Below, in pieces: positions 1-12,977 of a stretch of DNA of 64,000 bases. Each line of letters opens with the position of its first letter. The first letter of the stretch is position 1. Under the pieces are notes generated by a model that saw only the letters and a program-made list of their open reading frames with translations, searched no databases and had not been told where the DNA came from. Position numbers and translations under genes: made by a program. Source of the DNA: Minutocellus sp. GHC0000111 (Eukaryota); NCBI GenBank assembly GCA_977018835.1, contig OZ361256.1:5704001-5768000 (forward strand). The letters are read 5' to 3'.

Positions 1-106
1 AGAGGTCGGAAGTCTGAAGTTCCCCAACGAACATCGTTCGTGGACGAAGGCCAGACGGGTCTAACGTACGTACATATTCTGCACGAATTAGTTAGATGAA
101 AAGTCG

Positions 107-140
107 CATTCTGGGGAGGATGTCATTCTGGGGAGGATGT
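107..140. repeat. 17-bp tandem duplication
   Basis: CATTCTGGGGAGGATGT x2. Confidence 0.85.
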
Positions 141-279
141 CCTCGGAGGGCATGTACACAGATATGGTCTACCGGTAAATAATCAACTGCCTTTCTAAGA
201 CAGTGCGTCCATCAACACAAAAGTTCTGAATGCGGCATACGTTCACATAGAAATAATTCATTTCTCATTCATTTATACT

Positions 280-3200
280 CTAACTCCAAATATCCATGAC
301 AAACTTATTGCTTGTCTTCATTGCGTTCAGCTGCGCCTCGGCTTGCGCGAGCTTATCATCTCCATCGTACGATTCTGAAAGAATCTCAACAAGAGCCTTT
401 TGCACATCCTTGGCCATGGCGTTGCCGTCGCCACAAACATAGATTGATGCTTTTTGGTCCAAGACCATGGATCGAACACGGTCTCCATTTTCCTTCAGCT
501 TCGTTTGAACATAAGTCTTCTCAGCACCTTCTCGAGAAAATGCGGTCGAGAGATTGGCGAGGATTCCATCCTTCTCAAATTGAAGCATTTCATCCTGATA
601 AAGCCAATCATGATCACGGTAGCGACAACCAAAGTAGAGGTCGATCTCGCCGACATTTTGTCCGTCCTGAAAGTCTACGCCAAGGTTAAGGCCCTTGCCA
701 TCTTTCTGAGACACTGGGACATCATCTTCTTCGAGATCGTATCCACCCCGCCATGTGCCTTCGACGGATGTCTTGGCTGCTTGAGCCGCCTGGGTAGCGG
801 CGATTTGACCTTGGCGGTGGGATACAAAACCCATAAAGGGCGCAACTCCAGTTCCTGGGCCAATAAGGATGAGCGGGGTTGATGGATCGGCAGGAAGGTG
901 AAAGTCACCGGTTGGCTTGGGGAAGATCTTGAGTTTGGCCTGCTGCTTGGATGCTGATCCTGACAAGAACGAACAGCAAAGGCATTCGAGGTAACGAGTT
1001 GCCACGCCACGAATGCGACGCTGGCCAAAGCCATTGCCAGCCAGGGGTGGTGTGAGGTAATCGACGACAGAAAAGGCTACGGTCAGGGTAAGATTGTCCT
1101 TATTGGCCAGTGGGCTTGAAGTGACAGAGTAGTATCGTGGTGGGATTTTGGGCAGAGCGCCAATCAACCCCTCAAGTGTTACGTTTTCGTAGCACGAAGG
1201 AAACTCGCGAAGGATATCCACCACCGTTACGCGCTGTTCGTCGATGTACTTCTCGAAAAGCATCTCTCCTACGGTCGTCTTGGAGGACAAAATTCGAAGA
1301 GCTAGCTCCTCCTCGGGGTTGGAAGCGATTTGAGAGAAGAAAGACAAGAGGCGGCGATTCTTGATCGGGGACGACAGGTCAATGTGATTCTGCACCACAT
1401 CAGCTACAGTAGTAGCACTCTTTTCGTCGATGGAAACTTTTTGAGTTGGCGGGATTCCATTGTTATTTTGGAGCATCTTGAGGACGAAGGAGGTAGCCTG
1501 AGTAGGGTTGGGAACAATCAAACCTATGGAATCTCCAGGCTGATATTCGAGGGAGTAATCATCAGGGAGCTCCAGTGACATTTCAATAACGCGCTTCCCA
1601 TTGCGCTCAATTTCTTTGACGCCCTCGCCATCGAGCGGAAACCGAGAATCAACCAAGTCCATTGCGCGGCTGATTCCGTCATCAGAAGTTGTGCTCATAA
1701 TCTCGGCAACATCCTTTGCACCATCAGTTGTTGCGTTGGTCAAGTACCGAGCACCACGGATGGAGCTCTCGTAAGGATGGTTGATGGTATACCTAATATT
1801 GCTCGTCGAGCTGGTGGAAATAGTCATCCGGTCCAGCTCAGCCAGGTTCACATCTTGCTCAGCACCGCCCTCGCCATCCTCGGCGTGGTTAATCAACGCG
1901 CACGAAGAGAGGCTAGGGCCAAGCGAAGGGAGCGTATTGTATGGCACAGCCGGAATGCAATCTGAACTCGACAGTGACAATAGGGATCGAACTATTGAAA
2001 CGCCAGCAGGCTTCTTCTCGGATGAGTCCTCGACCTTGGGTGGTGCTACCACGACCTCCTCCTTCTTCTCTTCCTCAATGGCAGTAGCGTGTGGAGCTGG
2101 CGCGGTTAAAGAAGCGGCCTTCTCCGCAGTTCCAGTAGCAGCCGCTCCGCCAGATGCAGATCCGCGACATGCGTTTGCGATGTCGGCAATGACAGTACTA
2201 GACCAGGGCTCGACCACCTCTTCCAGGCCGGTAGCCTCGTCGGCCATTCCAAGTGGCTTGGCGCGTGTTCCGCCCAACTCGGCCAGCTTTGAATCCGCCG
2301 CCTTGCCCATGGCACAGAATTGATCATAGTTGGTGTCTCCAAGGCCCAGAACGGCGAATGCAACATGCTGAAAGGCATCACTGGGAGTCGTCTTGCGCTT
2401 GACGTAACGAAAGAAACGATCGGCATTCTCCGGAGGATCGGCATTGCCCGTAGTGGCAGTCACAATGATGAGACCATGCTTGGTTCCTGGCACTGGCTCC
2501 TCCTCCCAAAAGTTTTGACACTTCTTTTTGAACTGGTTCAATTCAGCACAGATCACCTCTGGAAAGAAGCATGTTGAAGGAGATGCATCCAACGAGGCTT
2601 GATATTTTGCCACAATGTCCTTGGCAATGTGTTCCGAGTTTCCAGTTGCACTGCCGTAAAGAATGCATAGAGGCGTCGAGCTATGTGCCACAGCTGGAGC
2701 TGGAGCGGACACAGCAGTAACTGGAGCAGCCGACGAATCGGCATTGGGAGTAGCGACCTCATCTGCCGCAGCCTCCTCCTTTGCTTCATCCTCTTTCGAT
2801 TCATCCTTACTAGTTTCAGCTGTGTCTGCACTGGGAGCAGCCGCAGATTCGGATGCAGCCACCTCGCCTTGCTCAGCCGCGCATGCCTTCTCCATGTCAG
2901 AATAAATGGTCTCCACCCAGGGTTCAACAACATCCTCCAGACCAGTGGCCTCGTCGGCCGTGCCAAGTGGTTTCACACGAGTACCGCCCAGATCGCCCAA
3001 CTTTTGGTCAATAGTTTTGCCAGCCGCGCAAAACTGATCGTAGTTCGTGTCGCCCAGGGCGAGGACGGCGAACGCGCAGTGCTGAAAGGTATCCTTGGCC
3101 GTCGTCTTTCTCTTGATGAACCGCACAAACCGATCCGCGTTCTCAGGAGCATCACCATTGCCAGTGGTGGACGTGACGACGACGATGCCATACTTGCCGA

Positions 3201-3381
3201 ACGGGGCATCGGCCGCCGGTGGCTGCTCCCACGTCGGCAGACACTTCTTCTTGAATTGGTTGAGCTCGGCGCACAGGACGGAATCAAAACATGACGAAGC
3301 CTTGAACTTGTCGGCAATGTCCTTGGCGATGTGCTCGGCGTTGCCCGTGGCGCTGCCGTACAGGACATACAAAGGGGCCAT
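280..3381 (-). CDS. MTRR: Diflavin oxidoreductase, methionine synthase reductase-like, with two tandem flavodoxin (FMN) domains
   Basis: Two flavodoxin motifs (LYGSATGNAEHIAKDI / LYGSATGNSEHIAKDI, each followed by TTGN.D.PENA and LGDTNY), FAD-binding PRYYSVTSS, NADPH-binding IGPGTGVAPF and LYFGCR, YVCGD, C-terminal DIWS. No N-terminal membrane anchor. Likely ATG at 3381 (MAPLYVLYG), single exon. Confidence 0.75.
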   Translation of the reverse strand: MAPLYVLYGSATGNAEHIAKDIADKFKASSCFDSVLCAELNQFKKKCLPTWEQPPAADAPFGKYGIVVVTSTTGNGDAPENADRFVRFIKRKTTAKDTFQHCAFAVLALGDTNYDQFCAAGKTIDQKLGDLGGTRVKPLGTADEATGLEDVVEPWVETIYSDMEKACAAEQGEVAASESAAAPSADTAETSKDESKEDEAKEEAAADEVATPNADSSAAPVTAVSAPAPAVAHSSTPLCILYGSATGNSEHIAKDIVAKYQASLDASPSTCFFPEVICAELNQFKKKCQNFWEEEPVPGTKHGLIIVTATTGNADPPENADRFFRYVKRKTTPSDAFQHVAFAVLGLGDTNYDQFCAMGKAADSKLAELGGTRAKPLGMADEATGLEEVVEPWSSTVIADIANACRGSASGGAAATGTAEKAASLTAPAPHATAIEEEKKEEVVVAPPKVEDSSEKKPAGVSIVRSLLSLSSSDCIPAVPYNTLPSLGPSLSSCALINHAEDGEGGAEQDVNLAELDRMTISTSSTSNIRYTINHPYESSIRGARYLTNATTDGAKDVAEIMSTTSDDGISRAMDLVDSRFPLDGEGVKEIERNGKRVIEMSLELPDDYSLEYQPGDSIGLIVPNPTQATSFVLKMLQNNNGIPPTQKVSIDEKSATTVADVVQNHIDLSSPIKNRRLLSFFSQIASNPEEELALRILSSKTTVGEMLFEKYIDEQRVTVVDILREFPSCYENVTLEGLIGALPKIPPRYYSVTSSPLANKDNLTLTVAFSVVDYLTPPLAGNGFGQRRIRGVATRYLECLCCSFLSGSASKQQAKLKIFPKPTGDFHLPADPSTPLILIGPGTGVAPFMGFVSHRQGQIAATQAAQAAKTSVEGTWRGGYDLEEDDVPVSQKDGKGLNLGVDFQDGQNVGEIDLYFGCRYRDHDWLYQDEMLQFEKDGILANLSTAFSREGAEKTYVQTKLKENGDRVRSMVLDQKASIYVCGDGNAMAKDVQKALVEILSESYDGDDKLAQAEAQLNAMKTSNKFVMDIWS

Positions 3382-3708
3382 CGTGCTTGCGTCAGGTCCA
3401 GGTTCGGCGAAAATGAACGGCGAGGCGAGAACGCAATTCATGAGGACGCCTGTGTGGAATTTGAGGAGTTGTAGAACGTGCTTCGCTAATTCCGGGTTCC
3501 TTTCACCTGGCCTGCCTGCCTGCTTGGCCTGGTGCAATGGCTGCCTCTGATTAATTGGAGAGAACACTGGTACGGCTACTGCTGTACCAATTACGTGGCT
3601 ACGTAGCCAGAAGACCTACCGGGACTACTCAGCTACCGGTATATGGATAAAAAACTTCTTTTAAGTTCGATAATATTAAAAATCAAAAACGTACCGGGAC
3701 GTCAACTT

Positions 3709-6700
3709 CTAACCTTCCGATCGATTCTCAATTGGCAATTCGATGCCTTTTGCCTTCGGATCACTGGATTTCTTCTGATTGTAAAGTCGCAGCGCGCCGG
3801 CCAGCTCCCGAACGTTGAGATCCTCCTCGTCCCCATCGTCGTATACGACATTCCAAAGTGCTTCGGATTTGGGGTCCTCCTTATCGGCCTCAAAGTATGT
3901 CTTCACGGAGCCAAAGTAAATGTCCGTACCAAAGGTCTTGGCAACTCGCATGTCCTTGTAGCTGGTCCCATTCGCTTGCGCCTGGGCTTTGACATGCTCG
4001 TTCCAATGACTCACGCAGAGACCGTTGGTTCCGTTTTGCGAGCCCTTGGTGCACTGATCCACGCTGCAAAGCTTCCTTCCAGTGCTTCTGGGCCTCTTCG
4101 CGCTCGTTGACAATTTGGACTGAGAAGTCGACTCTGATGGGCTCTTGCGTTTGGATGCTGGAGTCTTGAGGTTGGACGATGCTGGGGCCGGAGATGCCGC
4201 GGTTACCTCAGCAGTTGTCGCTGCTGCCGTTCCACCACCCGAAGCTGTGAAATGCTTTAGGCGCATATAATTGTTCTTTTCCCCTTGATTCTGCTTTGTG
4301 CAGCCTTCGACCACGCATGCTGGCCGTCCGGTCGGGGTTAATTTTCGCTCCTTCTTCTCTAACCCCGCAGTGACCTTTTGGAGTTTTGATGGTGACGCCG
4401 TTGCCATATCTTTTGGCGGAGGTGAGATGGCCGTCGTCTGGCCCTCGACCTCTCCCTCGGCATTCTCGGTGGCTTCGGTGGCTTGTTTCCTAACGTATTC
4501 GGCCAATTCGTTGCGGTAGCGTTCCCTATCTTGCTCGTGAAGGTCTTGGTACTTCTTTTTCTGCTCGGGTGCCGTCTCTCTCCATCGACTACCGACGATT
4601 GATGCAATTTCTTGTGGGGTTTTGCCGGGAAATTCAACCGCAACCTTTGGGCACATCTCAACAACAAAGAAGATGTAAGCCGATCTTGGTTCTTTGGGGG
4701 AGTTCGGGTCTTTCTTTCGTCGGCCGCGCTTCTTCGAAGACTCCGGAGCCGCTGGTTTCTGCTGCGATGCCAGTGTTGATGCTTCTGCTTTTGAAGCAGG
4801 CTTCTTGCTGTCCTGAGTATTGGTTGGCGGTGGCGTCTTCGACTGCGCCACTTTGGGCGATGCCTCCTCGGCTAGGGTCTGCTTCGAATGCGTCTTCTCA
4901 GATGATGCCTTTTCGGGCGGTGCCTCTTCAGGTACTCCCTTGGGCCCTGCCTCCTCTGACGGTGCCGTCTCCTTTGGATGTGCTTCCTCGGATAGGGCCT
5001 CCGTCGGCGGAACCTCCTTAGGTAACACTTTCGTCAGCTGTACCTCGTTCGTTGGATCGGATAATCCGGATAGTGCCTCCTTCGGCTGGGCCTCCTCAGG
5101 CGACACATGTTTCGATGAGGAGGCCGCTGTAGCCACAACTTCGCTTTTGGTGCTCTCCCTGGGCTTCTCCATTGGCGAAGTCGAATCCTCATCGACCGAA
5201 GAATTCACGATTTCCTCTATTTCAGCGTTGCGCATGATATCAAGGACCAGCGGTTCGCCAGGCTTCGTCGCCCGAACAAGGCCCAGAACTTCTTTGAACG
5301 ACAAAGCTCTTTCCATTATATCTATTCCATTTACGGCCAAAAGGACTGCCGACACAAATAGGTAATGTATTATTTGGGGGGAGGCGAATGGTAAGATGCA
5401 CAGTGACGACGAGATTCAAAAAAAGGGAAGACCACAACGTGACAACATGAGTCATATATATGGGCTTACCATCAAATTTCTTCAGTGTCCCTTCCCTCAT
5501 GGCGGGTGAATCAGGTTTGATTCCGCTGCAAAAAATCTTCCTCTTCTCGCCCCTTTTCTCGCCGCTATCATGGTGTACTAGGACGCCGAATGGTCCGTCG
5601 AGGGCATTTCGACGAATCGAAATGCCCTTGATGATCGTGTATGATTTGTCGGTAGAGTCGACAGTATTGGTTGGCCTGAGAATCTCAAGAGTGAGAGATT
5701 CGTCTTTATCGACTGGAGCAAACGCCTTCTTTACTTCATCAAAGGCGAGGCCGGTTGCTCTCGTGCTTCTGCCGTTTATCGATAGGACAAAATCGCCCAA
5801 CTTGACTTTGCCTGTCTGACCTATGAAGCTAAACGGGAAAAACTTTTCGATTGTTGGGAGTCCCGACACCATTTCAAGCAGCATGCCAAACGAAGGGGCT
5901 TCCTTTCGAGGAGGAATTTCCACCTCTAACAATACTCCTGTGACTCGAGAGGTCGAAGGTTCAACAATCTCTTCAGTACAATTAGAATTGGAGCCGGTGG
6001 CAGTTGCTGCAAGGGTTGAAGCCTTGGCTGGAGCATCCCTCGACGAGACATTCGTTTCACTTGACTCTGCCTCTCGGTCTTTCTTATTTTGGTTCGTCTG
6101 AGATGTCTCCTGTGATTTTAGAGTCTCCTCGGCCTTTCTCTTTCTCTGAAGTGCACACCACGCCGATGAACCAGGGACGGGCTCTTTGCTTGGCGGCGGC
6201 GCGGGAGCGACATCCGATTCAATAAGCGGCGGTGATCTTCTAGCTGTGTTGTAGATAGCCAAAGGTCGGTCGGGGGCATTTGGATCTCTTCGGAGTTTGA
6301 GATTTACTTGAGGTATGGGATTTGCCGATGGCGATTTCGCAGGTACCGTGCTTGCGTTGGACGATACTGCCTTTGAGGTCGCAACAGCAGCGGAAGTTTT
6401 GGCCTTGGACGGGGCGGCCCAGTCTTTTGAAGGCCTGAATATATCGATGATAATACTGGAGCCTCCCATCCGTTTGATTGCATCCATGATCGTCTTGAAT
6501 TCCCAGTCTGGGCCGGAAAGCCGAATGTTGTTGACAGAGATAATTTCTGGAAACACAAAATTGTGAAGAGAGAGAGAAAGAGAAAGAGGGAGAGGGAGAG
6601 GAGAAGGCGGCGTTAGGGTGGACGGATGGTACCGTAGGTACAAGACAAGTTACGCACAAAAAGACAGGCAAGTTGGCGGTATACACCTCAAAAATAGCTC

Positions 6701-9700
6701 ACCATCACGAAGTCGAATACTTGATGTGGCTGCCGGAGTATCGGGAGTAATTTTGTTAACAAACACTCCACTGATAGCGGAGCGCCACTGAAGATCAATT
6801 CCAAATCTGCCCGTTTTTTCGTCTCTGTCCACAATAATGCCCCGGGTAAAGGTACCACCGCGCTTCTCGTGCTGGACAATATCGAGGCGGAGCGGCAGCC
6901 CAAGCGCTTTCACATTATGAATCTCCTTCAACAAAACAGTCCAGTCATTATGGTTTTTCCCATTCAATCCTACAATCTCATCGCCGACTCGAAGTTTGGT
7001 TGCACTCGCAGCCCCGCTAGCAGATATGCCGTGGACGAAGTGTCTACCAGAATTGGACGCTACCGAAACTCCTATTTGCGGGCGTTCTTTGTTCACCTGG
7101 ATGAGCAACGACACCGCTTTTGGCTTGGGTTTGGGTTTAGGTTGCGGACGAGTAGGTCCCACAGCTCCTGTCAGCGAAATCGAGCGAAGAACGGGACAAA
7201 AGTTTGCAGGAAATGGTTGTGTGTAACCACATCCAGTCACCTCATCGCTGATTGGTGCGGGGTAGTCGGGAGGAACTGGCCGAATAATATCCACGACAAG
7301 ATTATGCGTCGCTGGGACCTGTTGAATCAATGTTATCGCTGAACCAGCATTTACGCGACGCTGGACCACAAAGCCATTCACGGAGACGATTTCGTCAGCG
7401 CGTACAAGAATATCTCGTGGAAGCGGGTGCAAAACCAAGATTTTGTGATTGCTATCGATGAGTACAATCTTTGCCCGATCCTTAGGTGGGACAACAATGC
7501 CCCGAATCCTGATGAACTTTCTTTCAGTAAGGACGGTTGCTTCTTGAGACTGCGACGACTTTTTGCGTCTTTTCTTTTTCTTCTTCCCGGCAGGGCCAGG
7601 TCCTACGAAGCCTTTTGCGAAAGTTGCTTTGTCATCGACAAGGTCAGCGGCATTGACTGGTTCAACACATTCCATCGCATCTTCGTCCTCCTCGTCGTCA
7701 GCGCCGGCGGAAGAATAATCAGAATCTTTCAATTCTGCGGCGTTGGCGTTGGCATTGGCATCGGCAATTTTCTTGCTCGCAGGCTCCTCGAAGTATTGGC
7801 TGTAGGACTTGGTTTGCTTCCGCTTTCTCTTGCCGAGGACTTCCTCTTCTTCCTCTTTGGCTTCGCCGACGACTCTGCATAATTCAGTATTGAAATTAGA
7901 AATAAACAAAAATGTGTAAACATATAATGCATTTGTGTGTTTTGTCCGATGCTACATGCATTCAATCAACACAGATACCACGCCCCTCGGCTGAACTTAC
8001 TTCTTCCAGAAATCTGGGTCGTCAATATCTACATCGGCACTTCCTCCCTGATTGGCTGCCTTGAAACTAGCCTTGGAGAAGGTACCACCCGCTGCAGCGC
8101 TGTTACTTCCCGTATTTTCGTGGACGACCGTCTTGGTACGCCGAGAGAGGATGGAATCAATATCAAGATTCTCAAAATCCTTGGAAGCTTGATCTGAAGT
8201 TCCAGCCTGCTCTTCACTGAAGACATCGTAGGCACCTTTTCGAAGCAACTTCTCGATCTCCTCCTTGGACATTGCATTCTCCCCATTGCCGGACCCTCCT
8301 TCAATTCCCTGAAGAACGGCTTGGTCAAGACCAAGCTTGAGAGAACTTGCATGGAACATTTGCATCTCATAGGACTTTGCTGTCAACAGCCGATAGATCT
8401 TGACGCTCTTGGTTTGGCCAATGCGATGGCATCGTGCTTGGGCTTGCAAGTCATTCTGCGGATTCCAGTCGGAGTCAAAGATAATACACGTATCAGCAGC
8501 AGTGAGGTTGATTCCGACTCCGCCGGCGCGGGTTGAAAGAAGCATTACAAAGGGAGTCCTTCTGCCATCCTGCGCTTCAGCTTGGAAGCGGTCGATGGCC
8601 GCTTGTCGCTGTTTCCCGGTAATGTTACCATCGATTCGCTCATGCTTGAAATCACGGAGGTCCAGGTAATCTGTCAAGATGTCCAGCATGATGCAGAACT
8701 GAGAGAAGATTAGGACGCGATGGCCTCCATCCTGCAACCTCGGAAGGAGTTTATCGAGTAGAACCAATTTGCCCGAGGCTCGAACCAAAAAGTCGGCCTC
8801 GGCCTTCCTATCAGTTGAGTCGACACCTTCGGCCTTTCGAGCGTCGTCCTCGCAACCACGGAGTAGGAAAGGATGATTGCAGCACTTGCGCAACTGCATA
8901 GCAAGATTGCTGATACTGGGGCCATCTAGCGCCTTCTTCTTATTTCGATGCAGAAATTTTAGATTTCGTTCGTAGAGGGCACGGTAGTACTGCTTCTGCA
9001 ATATCGTCAGCTCGACCTCGATGATGGTTTCCTCCTTAGGCGGGACGCTCTTCTCCACATCTTCCTTGAGACGCCTCAAGATGTACGGGCGCATCTTCTC
9101 ATGGAGCTCATCGAGCACCTCTTTATTTCTCATTCCATCAAACTTTTCGAGGAACTCCTCCTGATCGTTGAAATGCGATGGGTCGGTGAAGTGCAAAATG
9201 GTCCACAGCTCCTGCATATTGTTCTGAATGGGAGTTCCAGTCATTAACACTCGGTTGCCAAATGAGAATCTGGGAGAAAAGAGGTTGTTGGCTAACTTGC
9301 TGTCAAAGTTTTTGACTCGGTGGGCCTCGTCAACAACCAGCACTTCCCACTTGACTGCCATGAGCTCAGAAAAATCGTCCGCCGTCATAATCTCTGGGGT
9401 TGTTACGACCACCTGCGCCATCCATGTTCGTTGCCACTTGGCCTTGGCTCGGCTCGACTGGCATCTGCGAAGAAAGTTGTTTCTATTTGAAACGTTTTTG
9501 GGGCGATCGGGATGGTAGGCAAACTCATATTCCCGAATAAGAGCTCTATCATCGGCCGAGCCATGATACAGGATGGTATTCAAATCAGTCCATCCGGCGA
9601 ACTCACGAAGCCAATGCTCGAGGGTGCTTAAGGGGACTACAACCAAAAACGGACCACGGATGTGAGACTCCTTTGCGAGCTTCGACAGATACGAAGCAAC

Positions 9701-12468
9701 TTGCACCGTCTTTCCGAGTCCCATCTGCACCACATGAAAGGAACAAGGAAGCGCGGGTGTTGAGAAATCAACGATTATTTCACCTGGGAACAAGTCATGC
9801 GCCGTCAAACGGATGGCGAAATAATAAGAACACAACTCACCTCGTCAGCCAACACCGACGACCGCTTGTTGACATAATTGCTAATCAGCCAAGCGACGCC
9901 CTCGGCCTGATAATCACGAAGTTTGTTTCCACTGTCGCCGAATTCTTCATCAACGAGCTGTTGCTGGTACTCCTCGATCTTCTCATCTCGCTCTTCCTGG
10001 GTTCCCCTTGCGTTTTCTCCGAAGATCTTGTAGAGGCGGCGTTTCTGCTCTTCCTTTACTTTTTCAATTGCATTGAATTCTGATTGCGTTGGCTGCATAT
10101 GGCAGAGCAGAGAAAACGGAGATAAAGTGTGAGGCCCATGAAATTACAATCAGACAAAAATCCTTTGGGGGCAACCAACACCGGGGAATGATCCACTAAC
10201 ACTCACCTTATTCGATCTCTGCAGGAAAGCTTCGAGATGAGACTCATATTCAACGTCGTTGAGAATGAGATCCCTCTCGAATTCATACGAGCAATCCGAA
10301 TATGGCGTGTTTCCCCACTTGATGAGAAACTGCCTTCCCGTACCATCTTCGTACCGTGGATCACTTCGATCGAGGACGATGCCGTGCTCCACCATCGTCT
10401 CCGTCAATGTTATTGATTGCTGCTTCTCTTCATTTTCTTTTCCGTCGTCGTTCGCCTTTTCTTCACTGTTTTTCACCTCATTGCCATCTTCCTTGCTGTC
10501 TTTCTTATCATCGGTGTTATCCATGCTGTACTCCAGTCTTCGACGTACGCCACCATCACTCTCAGATGGCGACGACGATCGAGAAGGAGGGGGTGACGGT
10601 TCAGGCGCCTCCATAACGTGAAGAATGCGCTCGATTTCGACAAATTTCGGATCGAAGAACTCCCCATCACCGCGCTCATCTTCGTCGAATATCAGACCAT
10701 CAACATTTTTCCGCTGAAACGTTGAGAAGTAAGGCTTGGGATTTTCCACCTCCGCCAGCAAGTCGCGCTTGGTCTCCCACGAGCAGTGGAGCATAGACAG
10801 ATCGCGCCATTTGATAAGGAAACGCTCCTCGGTATCGTCATCCTGCAGATCGGTGGCCTCCTGAAACCAACGGCTGCCGTCGGTGACCTCTGTCGTGTTC
10901 ATTTTCGACCCAATCTCTCTCCACTTTTTGATAGTTTCCGAGCGGCAGGCAATGATGCGCTCCATTTTGAGCTTTTCCTCGTCCTCGTCGGATTCTCCAC
11001 CGCTCTTCTTACCACCATCACCCTCCGAGGCAAGGTCTTCCTCCTCCTCCGAAGTATCGACATCATACACCGGTTTCTTGGTTGATAGGCGCTTCCGAGG
11101 AGAGTTATGCGTCGATGCTGGACTTTTCTTCTTCTCGGCGCTGTCGCCAGGGGCTTGGTTCTTTGACTCGCCCGCAGCCTCATCGTCCTCATTCACATTC
11201 CCTCGGAATTTGGTAGCTCTGGAAGATTTGCGCTCGGCCGTGGCACTGCCTCTTCCACCTCTGCGTCCAGATGACGATGCGGTGCTAAAGTCCTCGTCGT
11301 CATCATCACCTTTGCCATCAGCCTCCTCCTGCTCCGTTTCCGTTTCAGCGAGGCCGCTCTCGTCCATTGGCTCACCGTCCACCACAACGACGTCGGCCTC
11401 GGCCTCCACTTCTTCCGCGCCCTCCAAACCCTCCTGGGCCTCCTCCCAGCTAATCTTTTCGTGCACCACGCGATGGACTCTGCGATGAAAGTCGCATAGA
11501 TTTCCTGTACCGGTAGATGGCTCTTGGGGTCCATCCGATGCCCCGTCGACTGGAGTGCCGTCATTGTCGCACCCCACGACGGAGCAGCAGGGATTGGCAG
11601 TGTCCTTGGTCTTCTTTTGCTGACTGCCACGTCCGTCCTGCCGCCGATCCTGCTCAAACAGGAGGAGTCCCTCGGCCAAATCGCCCGCGCTGACGTCCTC
11701 GGCATCGCCATCGTCGTAGACCACCAACCAGCACGGTTCCTGGACACCATCTCCATTGCCATCACCAGCTGTGGTATCCTTATTGTCACCATCATTGTTG
11801 TCATCATCACCCATCTTCTTTTGGCCCTTGGCAACCCCCGAATCACCATCAGCGGCGGCGGCCGCAGTGGCAGCAAAGTGCGTCTCCGAGGCATTGACCC
11901 AACGGCACTGCACGACGGTGCCATAAAACAGCTCGCCTCCAAAGTCCTTGGCCGTCCGGTGGAGGAGGTAGGGGCTGTCGCCGATGGAGCCATCCGCCGA
12001 GGGTGTTAGGTGGGCGGTGGAGGACCGGATCTCGGCCAGCAGCTCGGCCTTGGTCTTGGGGAGCGAGGATGATGGCATGGCTGTTGCTGATGTTGGAGCT
12101 GTTGCTGCAGAGGCGGGGGCATCGGTGTTGGAATCGCCCGTGGATGCTGCCGACGAGGCCGTGTACGACCTGAGGGCATCGGCCGCCATGGAGCGGGGGG
12201 AAACGACCGCCGTCTCGCTTGCGGCATCAACTGGCGCTGCTGCTGAATTTGCGGCCTGCGAAGCCGAGGAGGCTGCAGCCGCAGCAGGAGGAAGACCGGC
12301 CGCCGCCGCCGTGGATAAGCCCCGAGGAGCGGACGCCGACGCGCCAGCAGCATTCGCGCCACCAGTACCAGTACCAGCATCAGCATCAGCGGCCGTCGCG
12401 CTTTCCACCATGACGATGGGATCGAATCCGTCGGACGAACCGGCGATGCGGGTCACCTTGGAAACCAT
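3709..12468 (-). CDS. CHD-family chromodomain SNF2 helicase with Tudor-like domains, five PDZ-like domains and an HMG box (6 exons, ~2707 aa)
   Basis: Exons 12468-10207, 10092-9841, 9724-8001, 7874-6703, 6546-5470 and 5345-3709 are joined by GT-AG introns that keep frame (8124 nt). Double chromodomain (FLIKWRDLSMLHCSWE; FLIKWGNTPYSDCSYE), LADE|MGLGKT, DEAH, QAQARCHRIGQ, PDZ-like repeats (e.g. LRVGDEIVGLNG), HMG box (KDPNSPKEPRSAYIFF...W). The start codon is inferred. Confidence 0.85.
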
Positions 12469-12864
12469 CTTTTGGGTGTTCAACCAATAATCCTTCTCGG
12501 TGGAACGCAACACCCAGGCAACACCGGTACCACCACCTATCTGTCGAAATTTTTGTTTGTGATCCAAAAATTTCGCGCCTTTTTGTGCCGGGATTTTAAT
12601 GCGAAGATAGATACGGCGGCAGTGAAACCCAAAGGCACGCACGAGGAAACTCTCACGGTCGTTGCGAAGGATTGCAGCCATTTAAGAACAAGCCGTTGCG
12701 CCCCAATATCGTGGGAGTTTCGCTGCACCAAGCGTTGGCTTGTGGCTTGTGGTCTCTGCTCCGGCCGACCGGTTCTCCTTGCTTTGCCCTCGCTCAGCGA
12801 GTTTGCTTTGAGTTTTGTGTGCTTGTTTCATCATCAGCAAAGAAACCCGGATTCTGCAATCTCA

Positions 12865-12903
12865 GCGAAGCGCAATCTTGCGAAGCGCAATCTTGCGCAA
12901 TCT
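12865..12903. repeat. 15-bp tandem repeat in the CHD/FGGY-kinase divergent intergenic region
   Basis: GCGAAGCGCAATCTT x2 followed by a partial GCGCAATCT. Confidence 0.85.
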
Positions 12904-12977
12904 GCTTCGAGGCTTGCTCGAGCTCGTATCTGCTGCCTGCTGCAAGGGGCCTCGTCATTCTCTGCTGCCACCCAGCC

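Noticed and set aside
107..155. CRISPR-like or telomeric repeats among the short tandem repeats
   Set aside because: Only two adjacent copies with no spacers, in a eukaryotic context with no cas genes.
4460..4720. HMG box as a mating-type determinant
   Set aside because: It is an HMGB-like box (KDPNSPK.P.SAY.FF) embedded in the CHD gene, not a stand-alone sequence-specific MATA/SOX-type factor.
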